Shown: positions 6,889-10,700 of the stretch, one piece after another
Position numbering within the stretch: position 1 is the stretch's first letter
Layout: each line of letters begins with the position of its first letter
Source of the DNA: Bdellovibrionota bacterium
GTDB lineage: Bacteria; Bdellovibrionota_C; UBA2361; OMIW01
Assembly: GCA_044345055.1 (NCBI GenBank)
Contig: JBIJBT010000085.1
Coordinates: 1-10,700, forward strand
Direction of reading: 5' to 3'
DNA: 10,700 nt
Notes under the pieces: model-generated
What the model saw: the letters and a program-made list of their open reading frames with translations, nothing else
Database searches by the model: none
What the model was told of the DNA's origin: nothing
Made by a program: the position numbers and the translations under genes

Positions 6889-7602
6889 CTACTCCCGTTT
6901 CCCCGTCTGTTCATAAGCTGCCAACGTCCCGTAGGTATACTCTACCGTACGTTCCACGATGCGCCGCCCAGCCTCAGTTAAAGCCCTCACAGTTGCTTCG
7001 GCAGATGGATCAGTTACGGGAATTTGCTCACTAAACGTTTCTCGCCCTATCGTCTTGCGGCCCTCCAGATCGATTATCGTAACGGTCATCGCAGCCTGCG
7101 CTTTAGAGGGTGAGCCATTTGAATTATTAAGCCAAAAAGAATCAAGACGGAAACGCACGAGACGATCAGTTGCTACTAATCCGGCTGAGGTGGTCACATC
7201 AGTGAGCCTTTTTCCCCCACTAAGCCTCTCAAGAAGAGAGCGTTGAAAGACCGTAGCGGGAGGCTCGGCCCATTGAGCGTATTGGTACGATCCGAGAGTT
7301 TGTTTCTCGGTAATAAAAAGAACGCGACTAGTATTACCGATCGGAGCTCCACCCTCTTGCTCGATCATCACTCGGGCTTGAATCAAAGCATTTGTATCAT
7401 CAGTCGTAGAGTTTGAGACCGGCTTGTCTGAGTCAGCCTTCTTCTCCAAAGATAAGAGGTAAGCATCAGGCTCAGGGCGCGCTGTTGGTGATAGAATCGA
7501 GCATCCCGAACATGCCGCTATTAAAGTGACACCTATAGCCAGTAAACCACGATCCCTAAATCGTACTAGATCCATGATAAATGCCCCGCTTACTCGCTTC
7601 AT
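6889..7602 (-). CDS. ABC-type transport auxiliary lipoprotein (PqiC-like)
   Basis: 237 aa, with an alternative start at ATG 7575. Signal peptide ends IAACSGC (lipobox Cys31 or Cys34). It carries YLL near the N-terminus and Y.YAQWAEPP, then RFRLDSF and ETFSEQIPV...ATVRAL. It is the last gene of an MCE operon. Confidence 0.85.
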   Translation of the reverse strand: MKRVSGAFIMDLVRFRDRGLLAIGVTLIAACSGCSILSPTARPEPDAYLLSLEKKADSDKPVSNSTTDDTNALIQARVMIEQEGGAPIGNTSRVLFITEKQTLGSYQYAQWAEPPATVFQRSLLERLSGGKRLTDVTTSAGLVATDRLVRFRLDSFWLNNSNGSPSKAQAAMTVTIIDLEGRKTIGRETFSEQIPVTDPSAEATVRALTEAGRRIVERTVEYTYGTLAAYEQTGKRE

Positions 7603-7653
7603 AGTTCACCACAAAATCGCATCCCTGTATTGCTCACCGTATCGCCAACTCTC

Positions 7654-8508
7654 TTATTGTTGCTCCGGAACCTGTTCCCCAGGTCCGAGATCGCGTTGCG
7701 ATGGTCCGAGCAGTATGCGTCTTGGATGCTCTAGCGCTTCGACCAATCGAGTCACCGCACGAAGCGTATCGTTCAACGCACCACTGACAGTTCCCACCTG
7801 ACGTGTCACCTCACCAGAGGTACGGGAAAAGTTATCTGAAATCTCGGCGGATCGCTTATCAAGATGGTTGATAAAGCCCTGAATAACACCATTTAATTGC
7901 TCTGCGCCGCGATGAAGATTTTGGGTCGCCTCTGATAATCCGCCGCTCATAACCTCAATATTCGCAATAATTTTTGCGAATTTTTCACGATTTTCGTCGT
8001 TCAAGATCTCCCCTGCGCTCGTAAGCAATTTATCGGTATGCTCCAAAATAACGGGCAGTGTTCGTTGCAGCTGCACTAACTGAGGAATCCCCTCTCGAAT
8101 CTCAGGTAAATGGTCCTCGCGAACACTCGCTCCCATGATTCGAGGACTCTCTGGGGAGCTGCCCGCAAGTTCAATCGTAGCCAATCCAGTGAGCAGATTT
8201 CGGCTTATCAATGCGGTAGTACTCTCTGTCACCGGAGTGCCGGGCCGGAGTGCTACTGAAACCCGCACTCGGGTAAAATCGGCCGGATCTATCGATACTG
8301 TTTCAACCTGACCAACGGTAATTCCTAGCATCGTTACCGATGCACCCGATTCGAGACCGGACAGAGATTGTTTCACGAAGAATACAGCATAGCGCTCTGG
8401 CTCCTGCTCACGCCCTGCTCGAGCGAGCCAGACCCCTGAACCGATCGCCACAGCGATAAGAGACAGGACCAAACATCCGACCAAAAAAGCATTTTTATTT
8501 GGCTCCAT
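7654..8508 (-). CDS. MCE/MlaD family protein (single MCE domain plus long helical tail)
   Basis: 284 aa. N-terminal ME...NAFLVG and one TM helix. MCE motifs SLSGLESGASVTMLGITVGQV, TPVTESTTA and NLLTGLATIEL. About 120 aa of amphipathic helix ends in LEHPRRILLG. GAGGA SD upstream. Confidence 0.92.
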   Translation of the reverse strand: MEPNKNAFLVGCLVLSLIAVAIGSGVWLARAGREQEPERYAVFFVKQSLSGLESGASVTMLGITVGQVETVSIDPADFTRVRVSVALRPGTPVTESTTALISRNLLTGLATIELAGSSPESPRIMGASVREDHLPEIREGIPQLVQLQRTLPVILEHTDKLLTSAGEILNDENREKFAKIIANIEVMSGGLSEATQNLHRGAEQLNGVIQGFINHLDKRSAEISDNFSRTSGEVTRQVGTVSGALNDTLRAVTRLVEALEHPRRILLGPSQRDLGPGEQVPEQQ

Positions 8509-8590
8509 ATTCTCGCATCCTCATCTCTCTCTAGTTTATCGCGACCGAATAGTTACTCAGCTTCAGTAAGTAATCGTTCAGCCAAAGTAC

Positions 8591-9385
8591 CTATGCAGCA
8601 CCGGAATTTAATTTGCTACGAGTTGAAAAATATTCCCGAATCCATGGGTCATCTATCTGAGCAACTTCTCTAACAGATCCGGACCCAGCAACTCGATGAT
8701 TGGTAAGCACCACCAGCTGTTGCGTGATGCCAAAGAGCGAATCAAGGTCGTGAGTCACCATAAGAACAGAGAGTCCAAGAGTGTGCGAAAGCGTTGCGAT
8801 GAGATCATCAAAGCGTCGTGCAGTGATCGGATCGAGCCCCGATGTTGGTTCGTCAAGCAATAATAGCTCTGGATCTAACGCGAGCGCCCGTGCAAGAGCG
8901 GCGCGCTTCACCATTCCTCCTGAAAGTTGGCTCGGGCGCTTCGATAAACTGTCGATAGGAAAACCGGCGAGGGCTGATTTTACCGAGACAACCTCACGAA
9001 TAACTCGCTCGCTCAAGCAGGTAAACTCTCTCAGAGGGAGTGCGATATTCTCATATACAGAAAGCGCAGAGAATAATGCACCAAACTGAAAAAGCATCCC
9101 TACACGACGCCGTAATTTTGAAAGCTCATCTCCGCCAAGCTCCCTCACCGACGATCCCAAAAGCGAGATATTTCCGGCGGTAGGTTGCATCAAACCGACT
9201 AGCTCTCTCAGCAATACCGATTTTCCGCAACCGCTCGACCCAATGATCGCTGCAACGACTCCTCGCTGAACCGAGAAGGTTACACGATCATGGATAGTTT
9301 GCGCTCCGATACGGGTAACCAGATCGGTCACTGAAATTGCAGGAATTGGGGCTTCTGATGTGGCGCGATTGTAAGGTGTTACCAT
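8591..9385 (-). CDS. mlaF: MlaF/Ttg2A-like ABC ATP-binding protein
   Basis: Walker A GSSGCGKS, GMLFQFGALFSALSVYENIALPLRE, LSGGMVKRAALARALALDPELLLLDEPTSGLDP and VTHD. I moved the start from the ORF-track 9517 to ATG 9385 (MVTPYN..., 264 aa), which overlaps the mlaE stop by 7 nt. Confidence 0.92.
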   Translation of the reverse strand: MVTPYNRATSEAPIPAISVTDLVTRIGAQTIHDRVTFSVQRGVVAAIIGSSGCGKSVLLRELVGLMQPTAGNISLLGSSVRELGGDELSKLRRRVGMLFQFGALFSALSVYENIALPLREFTCLSERVIREVVSVKSALAGFPIDSLSKRPSQLSGGMVKRAALARALALDPELLLLDEPTSGLDPITARRFDDLIATLSHTLGLSVLMVTHDLDSLFGITQQLVVLTNHRVAGSGSVREVAQIDDPWIREYFSTRSKLNSGAA

Positions 9386-10518
9386 CCAGCCCTCGCACAT
9401 AAAACTGCAAACAGAGCATTTAAGACAATCACTGCTACAATACTTTGCACTACTGTCGAAGTTGTGCGGAGGCCAAGACTTTGAGCATTTCGCTCGACCG
9501 ATAGTCCAAGCGAACACGCGATGAGTCCTACGACTAACCCAAAAATAGGCGCTTTTCCGATGCCGATGAGGTACGCTTTGAGAGGAATAACCTTTGCAAA
9601 TCGATCAATAAAAAAAGAAGGAGTGATCGCAAGCTGAGCGTGAGCTATAGCTGCAGCACCCACCATTCCAACTAGATCACCAATAAAGACAAGTAATGGC
9701 ATCGCAATTGCGAGCGCAATAATTCGGGGTACAACTACAACCGCTTGGGTTGATAATCCTAACATTTCAAGCGCATCAAGCTCTTCATTCATCTTCATCG
9801 CCCCTATCTGTGCGGTGAACGCAGAGCCAGTTCGCCCAGCGACAACAACGGCGACGAGGATAGGAGAGAGCTCACGCAACATCGCCTGACCAACTCCATC
9901 AACCACAAAAATATTCGCCCCGTAACGAACCGCTTGAAGAGAAAAAAGATAGGCAACAACAACACCAATTAGAAAGGTCACCAATGAGACAACCCCAACC
10001 GCCATGAGACACACCGAGTAGAGCTGAGTCATCACCTCTGACAATCGGAATCGTTTCGGCGATCGAGCTGCTTTACCACAAACACTAACCACCTCGCCGA
10101 GAAGAGCTACCACTCCGACAAGCTGTTGGGCAATAATTATCGTCCGGGATCCGACAAATGTAATAAACCCCTCTCGACGCAGCAGCTCTTTTTCCCCACC
10201 ACTTACCGAAAACACACGTTGCAACACCTCGTGCTGTTCTGGTGTAGCTGGCAGCAAATTCCCGATAGTGCCAACTCGTGAGAGCGCCGCGTAAAGAACA
10301 GCCGCTCCTGTTGTATCAATCTCGAAACTCCCCCGACAGTCAACCTCAATTATGCGAGGGGCCCTATCAAACTGTATATTCTTCCCCTCCCAGCGAGGCT
10401 CGGCCGTTTCGCAAAATATTGCAGAACTCCATTCGCCCAACACCTCTACTACGAGGCTTCGCTGGTCTACAGACACAACATTGATTCGGGGAAGCAAGGA
10501 TGTGTCGGATTCTTTCAT
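9379..10518 (-). CDS. mlaE: MlaE family permease with N-terminal STAS (MlaB-like) domain
   Basis: 379 aa. The C-terminal ~250 aa has MlaE motifs LRELSPILVAVVVAGRTGSAFTAQIGAMKMNEELDAL, VVPRIIAL, KAPIFG and TTSTVVQSI. The N-terminal ~105 aa has a degenerate STAS pattern (VLGEW...VDCRGSFEIDTTGAAVL). Confidence 0.92.
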   Translation of the reverse strand: MKESDTSLLPRINVVSVDQRSLVVEVLGEWSSAIFCETAEPRWEGKNIQFDRAPRIIEVDCRGSFEIDTTGAAVLYAALSRVGTIGNLLPATPEQHEVLQRVFSVSGGEKELLRREGFITFVGSRTIIIAQQLVGVVALLGEVVSVCGKAARSPKRFRLSEVMTQLYSVCLMAVGVVSLVTFLIGVVVAYLFSLQAVRYGANIFVVDGVGQAMLRELSPILVAVVVAGRTGSAFTAQIGAMKMNEELDALEMLGLSTQAVVVVPRIIALAIAMPLLVFIGDLVGMVGAAAIAHAQLAITPSFFIDRFAKVIPLKAYLIGIGKAPIFGLVVGLIACSLGLSVERNAQSLGLRTTSTVVQSIVAVIVLNALFAVLCARAGW

Positions 10519-10638
10519 GAGAGAATGTTAGTGAGGGGGGATGATTCGATAGGGAGAATAGGTTAAAGAATTGGAATAGTATAGAGAAGCGCGTATTGGA
10601 AGCTAATTAGTGCTCCATGAAAAAGAGTATAACTACCT

Positions 10639-10677
10639 AATCTTGCTTTTAAAAATACGATTTTTAAAAGCAAGATT
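10639..10677. repeat. Near-perfect 39-bp inverted repeat upstream of the MCE operon
   Basis: AATCTTGCTTTTAAAAAT-ACG-ATTTTTTAAAGCAAGATT: 18-bp arms with 17 of 18 complementary and a 3-nt spacer, in an AT-rich intergenic region. Confidence 0.85.
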
Positions 10678-10700
10678 TTGCAACTTTTTGAGCAGCTATG

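Noticed and set aside
9386..9517. Cys-rich 44-aa N-terminal extension of the MlaF ORF
   Set aside because: It lies inside mlaE in another frame. ATG 9385, overlapping the mlaE stop, gives a normal-length MlaF.
3245..10484. Other small overlapping ORFs (3245..3439, 3889..4179, 4302..4547, 5161..5343, 5550..5738, 5937..6404, 6618..6809, 6959..7246, 7526..7801, 8781..9089, 10278..10484)
   Set aside because: All overlap well-supported genes. 3889..4179 is the familiar antisense shadow of an ABC Walker A region.

Overview
Mostly housekeeping and transport DNA from a bacterium that is probably diderm, about 50% GC. Left to right: leuS (minus strand); a divergent tRNA with a CAT anticodon that looks like tRNA-Ile2; two tandem small TRL-like lipoprotein genes; an FbpC/PotA-like ATPase plus an FbpB-like fused permease with no substrate-binding protein in the window; and a convergent minus-strand MCE/Mla-type operon (STAS-MlaE fusion, MlaF, MCE protein, PqiC-like lipoprotein). 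I see no integrase, transposase, CRISPR array or defence system. The best leads are (i) the TRL lipoprotein pair sitting where the missing binding-protein gene would be expected, (ii) a LeuRS that resembles Chloroflexota/Deinococcota enzymes in an otherwise diderm-type neighbourhood, (iii) structure-rich non-coding DNA on both sides of the tRNA, and (iv) a 39-bp near-perfect palindrome upstream of the MCE operon. Family assignments come from motif recognition by eye; no searches were run.
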